Source: Octopus bimaculoides
Taxonomy: Eukaryota
Direction: 5' to 3'
Length of the DNA stretch: 64,000 bases
NCBI RefSeq assembly: GCF_001194135.2
Contig: NC_068999.1
Coordinates: forward strand, 7,911,207-7,975,206
Both the position numbers and the translations under genes were made by a program. Shown here piece by piece: positions 51,754 through 63,818 of this stretch (within the stretch, counting starts at the first letter, position 1; each line of letters opens with the position of its first letter). The notes beneath the pieces are model-generated. The model was not told the origin of the DNA. It did no database searches and worked only from the letters and a program-made list of their open reading frames with translations.

Positions 51754-52800
51754 TCAAACAGGTTTGGGTTCATAAGATTGGAAGTTTGATTCCTGGAACG
51801 AGCTACGTGCTGTGTCCAAAAGCAAGGCACGTAATTTCATGTCTTTTACCACAGTCTGCTGAGCCGTAAATGAATATCGGCCAAGTGATACTGCAACCTT
51901 CTCTCCTTCTGTCACATCTACGATATTCTGCTGTGCTAAAGGTGGAAGAACCGAGCAGGAGGACGGTGGGTGGGGGCTGTGTCTGTTCGCTACTACCTTG
52001 TCATTCATAACAATTACCGAAAATGTAGCACAAACCATTAAACGATGCTTGCTTACGAGTGACGGCTAAGCTTTAGACCATTTAGTGGCAGAAGAGAGAA
52101 GAACTTATGACCCTCTGCCGGACCTTCAAGACTGGTGGTTGGAAAAAAAAGTAGTCATTCTCGGGCAAGAATCTTGCCCTAATGTTTACAACAGAGTCGA
52201 CACAGTTAAATACACCTAATGTATATAAATTGATGTTAAATTCCACCACGAAGTCAAGTCCTTGCTGCTCATTCGTGGCTATGCCAGCAGAACGCAAGCT
52301 CCAGATAGAGCCTTCAGTGCAGAACAGGTCAGAGGATAGAGGCCAAATTAATATGAACCACCTCATCTCTGAGGCTAAAATTGGTTTGTGTATGGCGAAT
52401 ATGCCTACTTAGAAAAACAAAACCAAAGTTACAGAATTATCGATGTTGGGAGAGGAAGAGCTTCTCTGAAGGAAACATATGACTCGGTGCAGCGAAATCC
52501 GAAAGGAAGCAGTAAATAGAGCCCATAATTGAGAACAATTAAGGAAAGTCATCGGAGGTTTAATCTCCATAGCGAGCGAAGGCCTTAAGAAAATAAGATG
52601 TGAAGCTGGTCGACGTATCAACTCTTTCACCAACGAACGAAGTTTAACATCGTCAAGTGCAGCCTTAATGTAACTTACTAAACTTATAATGAATTGCAAA
52701 GTAAATATAGAAAGTTGGCTTGGAATATAAGAGACAGAAAAAAATGACAGTTTTCTAGCATAAAGCGACATCTGCATAATAACCACAGAACTAAAAGAAG
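51754..52800 (-). pseudogene. Unidentified decayed coding-like segment
   Basis: ORFs 52409-52786 and 52082-52366 are in the same frame with a single TAA between them; GC-richer than the flanks; no confident homology. Confidence 0.35.
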
Positions 52801-53551
52801 CCAGTAATTAAATATTAATATCAATAATTATCCAGGAGCGCTAGTGGACTGACAGAATCATTAAATTGTCTGACAAATGTTGAGGGTACAATTTAAGAGC
52901 GGTTTAATTGGTGAACTGGCACAGCAGTTAGAGTATCAATAAAGATGGCACGTGGTGCTTATATTACTCTATCGCATCTGAGTTGAAATCCCTCTGAAAT
53001 CAAATTTATCTTTCATTTTCTTCCATCTGAGGTCTATTATAATAATTCATCAGTCTAGAACGACGAACTAGCAGAAACGTTTATGCATCGGACAGATGCC
53101 GTGCGGTATTTGCTCCATATCTTTAAGTTGAGAGTTCAAACCCCTCCGGACTAAACATTTATTTCATCTGTTCAGGATCGAAAATTCAGCACCAGCCTTG
53201 GCTGACGAACTAGCAGAGTTGTTTAACTTTCAAACGAGGAGATACCATGCGATAAATACAGTCACGACCCACTTTATCCGCCGAGCCGACTTAGCATCAC
53301 TTATCTGTTTTGGGGTGTCTTTATATAAATCCATTTTGTTGCGAGCATTCGAAACAGGTACAATTGTTGATTCAAACAACTGACAGTTAAATCTATTTCT
53401 TTTCTCCGTCCAGTCATTCCCCAATCAATAGTTTTCCATAAACCGTGTGTATATTTCTGTTTGATTTCTATCAATTTTTATGTCGCTTAATCGAAAACAA
53501 ATGTGCGTGCGATTTCAATAATTATATTTCTGATCAGAGAGTTAATATGTA

Positions 53552-54447
53552 CGTGATCTGATCAGTAATTATCCGGACTGTTGCTATAGTAACGAAGCTA
53601 AAGCATGCAGTGTGAAGCCGCTTGACACAGATTGACTTTCAACTCTGCTGTGCATGCGCACTAAATTTTAACATTCTAGCTCACTTCCGCTGTTTACAGC
53701 AGTGCTTAGAAACTAACGTGTGTAGGGTGTTTTCGTCGCATTTACCATGACCGAGAAAGTTGAGCAGAAAATCTGCATCAAATTTTGCCAAAAGCTTAGT
53801 GATACCTGTTCAGAGGCCTACACAAAGTTTTCAAAAGGTTTTCATCGTTCTCGACACAATCAAGGAGATTTTGTGCAACTGAAACCCGAGTGTCTTTTTG
53901 ATCAGCTGAAAGCAGTTGTGGCACAAACTTGGCAGATACGCGTCTCATACCCAAATCTTCAATGATAATGGACGGAACTGAACCGTAACTAATCTGCACA
54001 TCCTCCGATAACTCACGGATGGTGATTCGACGATTTCCATTCACAGCTTTAAGCACCTCTCCGATGGTTTTCTCAGTTCTGCTGGTTGCGGGTCTCCCGG
54101 AATGTTCGTCACTATCAACATTTTTTCGGCCATATTTAAAACGTCTGAACCACTCGTACACTTGTGCGCAGCTCATACACTCCTCTCCATACGCTTTCTG
54201 AAACTTTGCATTGGCCATTGAGCAGATATCGCCATGACAACTTTCTCTGTCATGGTCAATGCGACGATCACACCTTACACACATTACTTCGAAGCACTGC
54301 TGTAAACAGCAGACGTGAGTTAGAACGTTAAGACCTAGTGCGCATGCACGGCAAAGGTTAAGATCAATCTGTGCCAAGCGGATTTACTCTACGTGCTTTA
54401 GCTTCGTTGCTATGGCAGCAGTACGGGTACTTATTGAGGAGACCTCG
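53552..54447. mobile_element. Mariner derivative made of two inverted 5' halves, TA flanks
   Basis: Plus arm 53552-53838 has TIR, 5'UTR and MTEKVEQKICIKFCQKL; minus arm 54447-53831 has TIR, 5'UTR and transposase through ENDENLLK. Confidence 0.85.
53831..54260 (-). pseudogene. Mariner transposase N-terminal (HTH) remnant
   Basis: FQKAYGEECMSCAQVYEWFRRFKYGRKNVDSDEHSGRPATSRTEKTIGEV...NRRITIRELSEDVQISYGSV..II.EDLGMRRVSAKFVPQLL (FVP = WVP motif). Confidence 0.9.
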
Positions 54448-54595
54448 TATATTCTTTTCAACTACAGACACAATGCCTGAAATTTTGAGGAAGGGGTCTA
54501 GTCGATTACATCGACCTCAAAACGCAACTGGTACTTAATTTATCGACTCCGAAAGGATGAAAGGCAAAGTCAACCACGCAGGAATTTTAAGAAAG

Positions 54596-54633
<38 letters not shown>

Positions 54634-55827
54634 CGTTTGTGTGATTAATGTTGCTTTCCTAAGATTTAATCTCAATTGTTGATTCTTTATGTCATTGTAA
54701 CCTTGTTATGAACCAGATATGTCTTTGGGAGTCTTTAACGAAATACAGTTTGTGGGAAGCATTCGAGTCAGATCAAACTGTTGATTCGACCAACTGATTT
54801 TTCGATCAGTTCTTTTGTCCGTTCAACCATTTTCCAATCAGTAGTTTTCGACAATCTGTGTATGTATGTGTTTCAGCACCGTTTGACTAAAAGCTTGTGT
54901 GTTAATCTAAAGCTAACGTGTGTATGAAATACACAGGTCAATTTATCAAAATCTACCGAAGTATGAAACTGTGACTTAAATCTCCTTCTTACTAACCAGA
55001 AAGTCCTTTAAATATATTGAGCATTGCGTGTGATTATTATTTCTTTTCTAAGGCTTAATATTCTCTTTACCTTTATAGCTTTATCATGAACCAAAAGTAT
55101 TACTACCTTATATATACGAATGTTTTCCAAGCCACAAGCTCATCGCAATATCAATGCAGCCTGTTTATCTACAACTTTACAGTTAGTTATTGTGTATTTG
55201 AAATCCTTATCAGCCATTTGAATGCTTTTGTGCACTGTTGTTTCCAGTAAGATATATTGAAAATATTACTACTCAAAACATTGAAATGCCTGAACAGTTA
55301 TCGCACATTGATAATAGCTTCTGTCCAAGTGACCATCAGATATCATGCGTTGATAGCTTGAAAAAGAAAGAAACTAGGTTTCTTATGATCGTAAGGAACA
55401 ACTGTGAAATAGTTAAACTCTATAAACCTTCCTCTGTTTAGATGAAGGAGGAAAACTTCCACCTCAAGGAACTGGTTGTAAGTAATTGGAATAGCTTTCG
55501 ACTTTGGTCATTTAGCTAACAAAGAACTCTTCGCTGCCTGCTTGGGAAATTATCGTACTAGAGAAAAGATTTGCCGCGGTGATTCTATATTTCGAAATAC
55601 AAAGAAGATATAAAAGGCTGAAGGAAACAAAACAAAGGAAGGAGAAAATAAATGCCTGACTTTATTAGGAGATATTAACGAAATCAAAGAGTTTTGGTGG
55701 TGAGTTATGTGAAATAAACAGATTAAAGGAGAAGAAGGGGAATTGCAAGAGCGGGAGAAATGGCGTTTAAATATATTACATACAATTTATATACATACAC
55801 ACACACACACGCACACACACACACACG

Positions 55828-55872
<45 letters not shown>

Positions 55873-55958
55873 TATATATGTGTATGTATGCATATATGTA
55901 TGTATGTATGTATGTATATATGGATGTATATATGTATGTATATACATATATGTACGTA

Positions 55959-56027
<69 letters not shown>

Positions 56028-56195
56028 CTATATATATATATATGTTTATATATAAATGTATATATATATGTATATGCATATATATAGGTATATATGTATA
56101 TACATATATACATATCTATATATATATATGTGTATATATATACATGTATATATATATATGTATATATGTATATGTATATACATGTATGTATGTAC

Positions 56196-56243
<48 letters not shown>

Positions 56244-56260
56244 ACGTGTGTTTCTGTGTG

Positions 56261-56297
<37 letters not shown>

Positions 56298-56461
56298 TGC
56301 TACGTATATATGTAATGGGAAAAAAATATCGATTTCTTGCTATATTTCTATATTTTTGTTCATTTTTATTTTTCTATAAATTTGCTGTAAATGTCCTGAT
56401 TCCTTGCAACTGCCTGTTCATATTCTATGTATATATTTATTATATATATATATATATATAT

Positions 56462-56513
<52 letters not shown>

Positions 56514-57249
56514 GTATGTGTGTGTGTATGGAAGCAGAGGGATAGAGAGCGAGACAGACAAAATAGCTAAAACTGACTGGTATAAGGATGTGTGTGAAAG
56601 AAAGAAAACAGAGAGATGAGGAGGGGGTGGTCCAGAATTACTAAAATCATTGCAAATTGTTAAACTGCCGAAATAAGCTCCAAATCTAATACCACCATTG
56701 CAGAAGCGTGAAGAAAGAAAGCGTGAGAGAGAGGGAGAAAGAGAAAAAAGCATGGAGAGAGAGAGAGAGAGAGAGACAAACAGACGCGGGGAGAGAGACA
56801 GAGTGGAGGGGAGAGAGAGTGAGAGGCGGGGAGAGGAAGAGAGACGGGGAGAGAAAGAGAGCGAGTAACAAAAAAAAGATTAGGGAGAAATAAGAAGTAA
56901 ATTCTGAATGACTTTTAAAAAGATAAGTAAAAACAGTGTTATAAAGAAATACAGGCACAATAGCACTAAAAGATGAAGTGCTCTTTAAAAGTGTGAGAGT
57001 AATAAGCTTGGTGGAGGTGGGTAGAGAGAGATAGGGGTGTTGGGGGTGGTAGATTAATATATTTTAATAGTATTGATTATGTGTGAAATACCTTGGCTGG
57101 GGCTGGAAGTGTTTGATCTTATGAACAGCCTTAAACGGTGGATTATCTCTGAAGTATCTTTAGGAAAAGAGAATGATATCGATTTCATCCGTTCATCTAC
57201 GTATACTGAAGTATACGGAAAGATTTATTGGGAGATTGGAATACATATA

Positions 57250-57282
<33 letters not shown>

Positions 57283-57892
57283 NNNNNNNNNNNNNNNNNN
57301 NNNNNNNNNNNNNNNNNNNNNNNNNNNNNNNNNNNNNNNNNNNNNNNNNNNNNNNNNNNNNNNNNNNNNNNNNNNNNNNNNNNNNNNNNNNNNNNNNNNN
57401 NNNNNNNNNNNNNNNNNNNNNNNNNNNNNNNNNNNNNNNNNNNNNNNNNNNNNNNNNNNNNNNNNNNNNNNNNNNNNNNNNNNNNNNNNNNNNNNNNNNN
57501 NNNNNNNNNNNNNNNNNNNNNNNNNNNNNNNNNNNNNNNNNNNNNNNNNNNNNNNNNNNNNNNNNNNNNNNNNNNNNNNNNNNNNNNNNNNNNNNNNNNN
57601 NNNNNNNNNNNNNNNNNNNNNNNNNNNNNNNNNNNNNNNNNNNNNNNNNNNNNNNNNNNNNNNNNNNNNNNNNNNNNNNNNNNNNNNNNNNNNNNNNNNN
57701 NNNNNNNNNNNNNNNNNNNNNNNNNNNNNNNNNNNNNNNNNNNNNNNNNNNNNNNNNNNNNNNNNNNNNNNNNNNNNNNNNNNNNNNNNNNNNNNNNNNN
57801 NNNNNNNNNNNNNNNNNNNNNNNNNNNNNNNNNNNNNNNNNNNNNNNNNNNNNNNNNNNNNNNNNNNNNTATATATATATATATATATATAT

Positions 57893-58060
57893 GGGAGAAT
57901 TTACGAAAAAAACAACAGACGAAGACAGGTGGTGTAAACAACAAATGGATGTATTAGTTTAACGCTCGGGAATAGAGAAAGTCTTTGACGTTTCGAGCTA
58001 CGCTCTTCAACTGAAAGGAACACAGAAAGAAATAAGAAGAGAAACAAGGAGAAAAATAAT
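57893..58060 (-). mobile_element. PLE pseudo-LTR-like fragment, family B
   Basis: Near-identical to 43130-43300; follows (TA)n. Confidence 0.75.
57983..58017 (-). ncRNA. Minimal hammerhead motif, family B (extra U4A change)
   Basis: CTTT-CAGTTGA-a-GAGC(gta)GCTC-GAAA-CG-TC-AAAG; GUC site. Confidence 0.5.
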
Positions 58061-58481
58061 TATAAATGTAGTGGTCAGTGATCTATCTTAAAAAGGTGAA
58101 AAACAAGCTTACCTCTGCGAGGTTTCGTGTATCGAAACATACTGCGAGTCATTCATCCGACACCCTAATGATCTTCAAACACAGTTATGAGTTTCACCTA
58201 CTATTGTTACCTATTCACAACTAGGTAGCTGAGGCAGTGAGACATAATCGATCATAGATCCAGCGAATTGCGTGGGAGTACCAATGATTCAATATATATA
58301 CAATCGGTTTGTCTGATAGAGATTCTTTGTTGAAATTCTACTAGAATAACTCAAAACGGTTTATTGTGATATAATTGAAATATTCAGACTTTAATTTATA
58401 AAGACATTCAACTCTATGCTGCTTTTGACACTCGCCACAAGACGTTTTTGTTCCAAACTGATGGTGATTCTAAACCTAAAT

Positions 58482-58910
58482 GATAGTGTTGAAAAACTTT
58501 ACATAAATATCCATATTGTTTAAAACGCAATCAAACTTATATAACTATTACATTTTATATAATATTCCTCATCTTTGGAGTTGCCTCAAGTAAACAACAT
58601 CTATGATTTGAATGATCAGGTCGAGATTATAAATACCACAGAATAAATTGGTATCATAGAATAGAACTTTTGTTACGCTTAATTAAATTTCCACCTTCAG
58701 CTTTGGAATAGAAGAATTGTTCCTTCGTAGGTGGTTACAATATATTCACTGTGCACGAATGTTTTGATACACTAGAGAATTATTTTGATACAATGGATCT
58801 GTATAGTGATGTTGAACGTTTAATTGATGTGTTCTTTTCAGAGCATTCTTTGAACAGATTCCACCAAAATATGAATTTACGTTTGAAAAGTTGAATAACA
58901 ACACCCACTT
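58482..58910 (+). pseudogene. Possible highly decayed Penelope-like reverse transcriptase remnant
   Basis: DSVEKLYINIH (cf. DVESLYTNIP), RWLQYIH (cf. W.RYIDD), LNRFHQNM/FTFEKLNNN (cf. LN.FH..IKFT.E) in the expected order and roughly expected spacing, across frameshifts. Confidence 0.4.
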
Positions 58911-58999
58911 ATAAAGTACAAATATCGAAGAGCAAGGTTACTATTTGGATAGGAGTACTAGACTATCAGACGAGATATTAATGCTTCATATTCTATTAG

Positions 59000-59500
59000 A
59001 ACCGCTGTTGAGTAAGTACTCTGAGACTCAGATTCATGTACTCATGCGACGGGCGATGCCTTGGCCAGTCAAAGTACTTCAGCAGGATCGGTCAACAGTA
59101 AATCTTTAGTGCATCGTTCCATCGTAGGTTTATCAGCTGAAGGTCCCTGTCGGTCGTTTGTTCATCTTGGAATACACCCTGGCATGTATTGTTGCTTTTG
59201 AGACTTAAGGACATACTTGGCAGGTCTGTTTGCCAGCATTCTTACAAAATGTCCCAGCAAACTTAGTCGGCACTTACATATGCTGATAGACACCAGGCGT
59301 TGGTCTGCTCTACTTTTGACCTCTCGTTGCAGATAAAGTTCAGGACAGTACCAGATCCTCAGACAGCACCAGATCCCAGTGGTCCTTTCCATATAGGTGT
59401 AAATAAATGTGCCATTCTTGCTTTGTATATATATCTCGGTATATGATGACACACTTGTAGTATTGAAATGCGTACAGACCCTGTACAAAGGTCCTTGGCA
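59000..59500 (-). mobile_element. LINE ORF2 3' fragment (RTE-like), decayed
   Basis: LRIWYCPELY...KCRLSLLGHFVRMLANRPAKYVL resembles the R.RW.GHV.RM...R.P..VL post-RT motif; clade uncertain. Confidence 0.55.
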
Positions 59501-59554
59501 TCTGACATGAATTAATTTTACTCTTCGAACATTGGATTATTTTTCTTTTCATCA

Positions 59555-59592
<38 letters not shown>

Positions 59593-61163
59593 AGAGGGAG
59601 AGCGAGAGAGAGAGAGAAAAAAGTGTCCTAAACCCCCAGACAATCAGGGAAGACGTCTGACAATTTAGGGACATGTAAATATTTATGAATTTTAATCACG
59701 ACTCAAAAGTGTTCTCGTTTCAATTCCCATCATTCGTGTCGCTTATGTTCTCGATAAGAAAGACCACCAGCTTCGCTCAAACACATTTCGCATATCATAC
59801 ACAGCCTTTATGTTTAAACTTAAAGAAATCAATATTATTAATGTGGATATTTCCTTTAAGAAAAATCCATTTTATTTTAAACTGTATATAAGAACGGATT
59901 ATGAATGCTTTCAGATAAACAAATTGTTGTTTTATTGTCTTTTGCTTTATTTCTCTAATAACAACGCAAATATAAAGAAAAATATATGATATTCAAATAC
60001 GTTGATACAACCTAATGTAATAAATAGATGGGTAAATAACTAAAGTGATAAATAAATAGACTGGATAATAATCAATTTCTTCAACGTACTGATGCATGTG
60101 TAATCCATTATTTTAAAGAAAGGATTAAATAATAATCTTACGACTTGAACAAAATCTTCACTTAAGAATAATAATTGCTTTAAGAAGTCGGTGAAGCCAG
60201 AAATTTATGTAAAACAAAAACGAACAATAACAAAAATCAAATACATGATGTAAATAATATTTTACCAAGTCGATTGTGTTGTTACAGTCTAGTGGCAAAG
60301 AGGGAGCGATCACGCTATAGTTTCAATCCTTGGTCACATCTATTTTATCTCATTTCCGAAAGCGCTTGCCTTAGTGATTAGAGAGAGCGTTCAGCATATG
60401 ATGAGGAGGATGTGAGTGTAGGCCGTCATTGAGCAACGCGTTGTAACCTTGATCAAGACTCTTCATTTCATATTGTGCCAGTCTACTCAGCAGTAAATCA
60501 GGGACAACCGGCAACTGACGTAGATCTGTCGTTCCTCCAATGATCACATCTGTCATTGATACGAAGATGAGCGAGATAAAAAGGTACCTATTTCTGCTCG
60601 CAAATCCATTTGTTTTCTTGTGACCTGGTATTCTCAAGGCCGGTTGGCGGTTTCTATGGAGTATAACTGACCGAGATCGCAATATTTTCTTGAACAGTAC
60701 GCCGGTCCTCGCAGGGTTTATGGCCAGCAATTTTTGAGGCTAAGAGATAATTGATTATATCGACCCAGTACCACGGAGGTCGACTTTACCTTTCTTCCTT
60801 TCGGGGGTCTATAAAATAAGTACCAGTTAAAGAATGGGAGTCGATGTAATCGTCTTACTCCATCTCACTTGAACTTACTATCCTTGTTCCAAAGTTTGAA
60901 AGGGTTAAATATTTCAGAATCTCAAATTCATGTATACAAAAGGAAAAACACTTCTTTTGCAATATCTCTGTCTAATTTATGATTGATTTGTTTTCCAGTC
61001 GTTAATATATAATGTGTTTCGGTGATCAAATAGTGTGATTACATAGCGTAAGTATAACTAGAATCATAAATCATGCCATCGACAAAAATAAAGTAAATAG
61101 TATTGAACTTTTTAACCGCGTTAGCAAAACTACTTTTAGATATTTAATAATATGGTAGAGAAA

Positions 61164-61561
61164 GGCGGTGAGCTGGCAGAAACGTTAGCACACCGGGGGG
61201 GGNNNNNNNNNNAGAGGTATTTCGTCTATCTTTACGTTGCGTGTTCAAATTCCGCCGAGGTCGACTTTGCCTTTCATCCTTTCGGTGTCGATTAAATACA
61301 CACCAGTTACGCACTGGGGTCGATATAATTGACTTAATCCATTTGTATGTCCTTGTTTGTCCCCTCTCTGTAGCCCCTTGTGGGCAGTAAAGAAATAAGA
61401 AACTTTAGCACGCCGGGCGAAATGCTTAGCGGTATTTCGTCTGTCTTTACGTTCTGAGTTCAAATTCCGCCGAGATCTACTTTTCCTTTCATCCTTTCGG
61501 GGTCGGTAAATTAAGAACCAGTTGCGTACTGAGATCGATCTAATCGACTGGCCCCCTCCCC
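61164..61561 (+). mobile_element. Two adjacent SINE family 1 copies
   Basis: 61164-61397 (alternative tail, short gap) and 61404-61561 (5'-truncated). Confidence 0.85.
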
Positions 61562-61774
61562 ATGACAATATTTTATATGTTATTTCTACTTTCATTCCCT
61601 TATTTCTATTTTCCTTATCTCCTCCTTTTCCGTAACAATTTCCTTATATCGAACTCAAACATTTACCTCTCTCACATCATCTCTGATGAAGGGATAGCCA
61701 TAATATCCCAGAAACAGCTGTAAAGACTATATCACTTTCCTTATAAATGTCCTGAAAACTCCTCTCACAGCCTT
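61562..61774 (+). mobile_element. PLE pseudo-LTR-like fragment, family D
   Basis: Pyrimidine-rich leader followed by a hammerhead motif. Confidence 0.55.
61680..61726 (+). ncRNA. Minimal type I hammerhead motif, canonical core (family D)
   Basis: TCT-CTGATGA-a-GGGATA(gccataa)TATCCC-a-GAAA-CAGCTG-TA-AAGA; palindromic ACAGCTGT stem III, GUA site; stem I needs one bulged A. Confidence 0.75.
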
Positions 61775-61988
61775 GTGTTTATGAGCCATTTAAAATAACA
61801 CACAAAATCCGTTAGATTCACTTCAACATTTAAATGAGATGCAGCACAGAATTTTGTCAGTGAACAGGTCGTGGTCTCAAAGCGACGAAAATATTTTGAC
61901 AAATTAAATTTAAATGTTGAAGTGAATCTAACGGATTTTGTGTGTTATTTTAAATGACTCATAAACACCTTCCACGCTGCAATTGTTA
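61775..61988 (+). mobile_element. PLE pseudo-LTR-like fragment with inverted partial copy, family C
   Basis: Arms 61775-61835 and 61908-61968 are reverse complements; ends at (TA)n and a gap. Confidence 0.75.
61853..61903 (+). ncRNA. Type I hammerhead-like motif with G3-C8 swapped core (family C)
   Basis: TTTGTCA-GTGAACA-g-GTCGT(ggtctcaaa)GCGAC-GAAA-ATAT-TT-TGACAAA; perfect 7-bp stem I, palindromic AATATT stem III. Confidence 0.68.
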
Positions 61989-62004
61989 TATATNNNNNNN
62001 NNNN

Positions 62005-62109
<105 letters not shown>

Positions 62110-62560
62110 TACACATGTGTATGTATGTATACATGCAGTCACTATCCATTAGCCCCATAGCAATGTAACCAAACTATATGTCTTATGTTTGTAAAACAAT
62201 TATTGCCTTAGACCTTCTTTTCTCTTTTTTATCTTCTTCCTTTCTGCCTTCATTCCAACCTTCTCTTTCGTTACGGAAGATGCTTAAATTCTTTAATTTC
62301 TCTCCAGATTGAGATCTAAATTACACGTGCTTATTCCAAAAGCTGTTCCTTGCACAAATATAGAACCACTTAGAGAAACCGTAACCCCATTAATCAATAT
62401 GTCACTGTGTGTGTGTTTGTTATTCTTTGTTTTCAGAGTTTTTTTTATTTTAGAAAATACGTCGTAATACAGAATTAACTAACACACCATAGGCCACAAT
62501 GAAACAACACCTCCACCCAGTCATACTGTTTGGTTTCAAAGTGTTTCACCCGCTGCCATA

Positions 62561-62594
<34 letters not shown>

Positions 62595-63389
62595 CATGCA
62601 CACACACATACATACACACCCACACACATACATACGTATGTGTGTGTGAGTGTGTGCATGTGCGTATGTGCATTCTGTTTAACTATTTAAAATCTTGCCC
62701 TAAAGAAGGAGCTGGTTTCTAACAAAGATACAAAGCCGCATCGTATGTATGTGTGTGTAAGTGTATGTATGTATGTATGTATGTATGTATGTGTGGGTTG
62801 TGTGTGTATAAGTGTGTGTATGTCTGTATGTGTGTGTGTGTTGTGTGTGTAAGAGTTTGTATGTGTGCGCGTATGTGTGTATTATGTGTATATGTGTATT
62901 GTGCGTGTGTGTAAATGCATACATATACGCCCAGAGAAAAATACAATAAAAAAACAAACAAAACAAACTGATAAAACCGCCAAAACAAACGAAAAAAAGC
63001 AACTCCAAGATTTCTGTTAACACTATTACATTCACATGTATATGTATTCTTTGTCTAGTAGCTTGGCAATTGGCAGTAACATTATGAAGATATTCTAGAA
63101 TTCCCCAATTAACTGGAATTGCGTTGTCTTTTGAATTGCAATTTAACATTCTTTAAATCTAATTATGTTCTATAGTTTGAATTCTCTATTTCAAATGGTT
63201 TATAGTTTATCTCGTATACTCTTTGGTAAGATCGATAGTGTTAAATTGCTTTCTTATTCCTTAATCAGAGGCATCGATGAAATAGTTGAATGTTTACATT
63301 GATTTGTTGTTTATGCCTATGGTTATGTGTGTGCGTATGTGCGTGTGTGTGCGTGTATGTGTGAACGAAGATGATTATTATAACTTCTG

Positions 63390-63600
63390 CGTTAGTGTGT
63401 CTGTGTTTGTCTCCCCCCTCCCCATCGCTTGACAACCGATGTTGGTGTGTGTTTACGTCCCGTAACTTAGCGGTTTGGCAAAAGAAACGGACAGAATAAG
63501 TACTAGGCTTACAAAGAATAAGTCCTGGGGTTGATTCTTTGCGACTAAAGGTGTCGCTCCAGCATGGCCGTAGTCAAATGACTGAAACAAGTAAAGAGAT
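63390..63600 (+). mobile_element. SINE family 2, 3' part
   Basis: catcgcttgacaaccgatgttggtgtg...gaataagtactaggcttacaaagaataagtcctgggg...cagcatggccgtagtcaaatgactgaaacaag. Confidence 0.85.
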
Positions 63601-63627
63601 AAAAGACTAAAATAATAAAAGAATATA

Positions 63628-63787
63628 CATGTGTTTTTCTCCTTGTTTTCTCCGTATTCTTCCTGTTGAAGAGCGTAGCTCGAAACGTTAAAGACTTTCT
63701 GTATTCCCGAGCGTCAAACTAATACATCCTTTTGTTGTTTACACCATCTGTCCTCATCTGTTGTTGTTTTTTTTCGTACATTCTCCC

Positions 63788-63792
<5 letters not shown>
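63628..63792 (+). mobile_element. PLE pseudo-LTR-like fragment, family B
   Basis: Reverse complement of 43130-43300; ends at (TA)n. Confidence 0.75.
63659..63693 (+). ncRNA. Minimal hammerhead motif, family B (A6U core)
   Basis: CTTC-CTGTTGA-a-GAGC(gta)GCTC-GAAA-CG-TT-AAAG; first stem I pair mismatched. Confidence 0.55.

Positions 63793-63818
<26 letters not shown>

Noticed and set aside
52148-52183. Plus-strand KVVILGQESCPN resembling uracil-DNA glycosylase KVVILGQDPY
   Set aside because: Catalytic D-P-Y not matched, frame is stop-ridden, no other UNG motifs, and the opposite strand has the longer open frame
53199-53230. CTGACGA core-like heptamer
   Set aside because: Part of a mutated SINE family 1 head (ggcggcgagctggcag); no hammerhead stems
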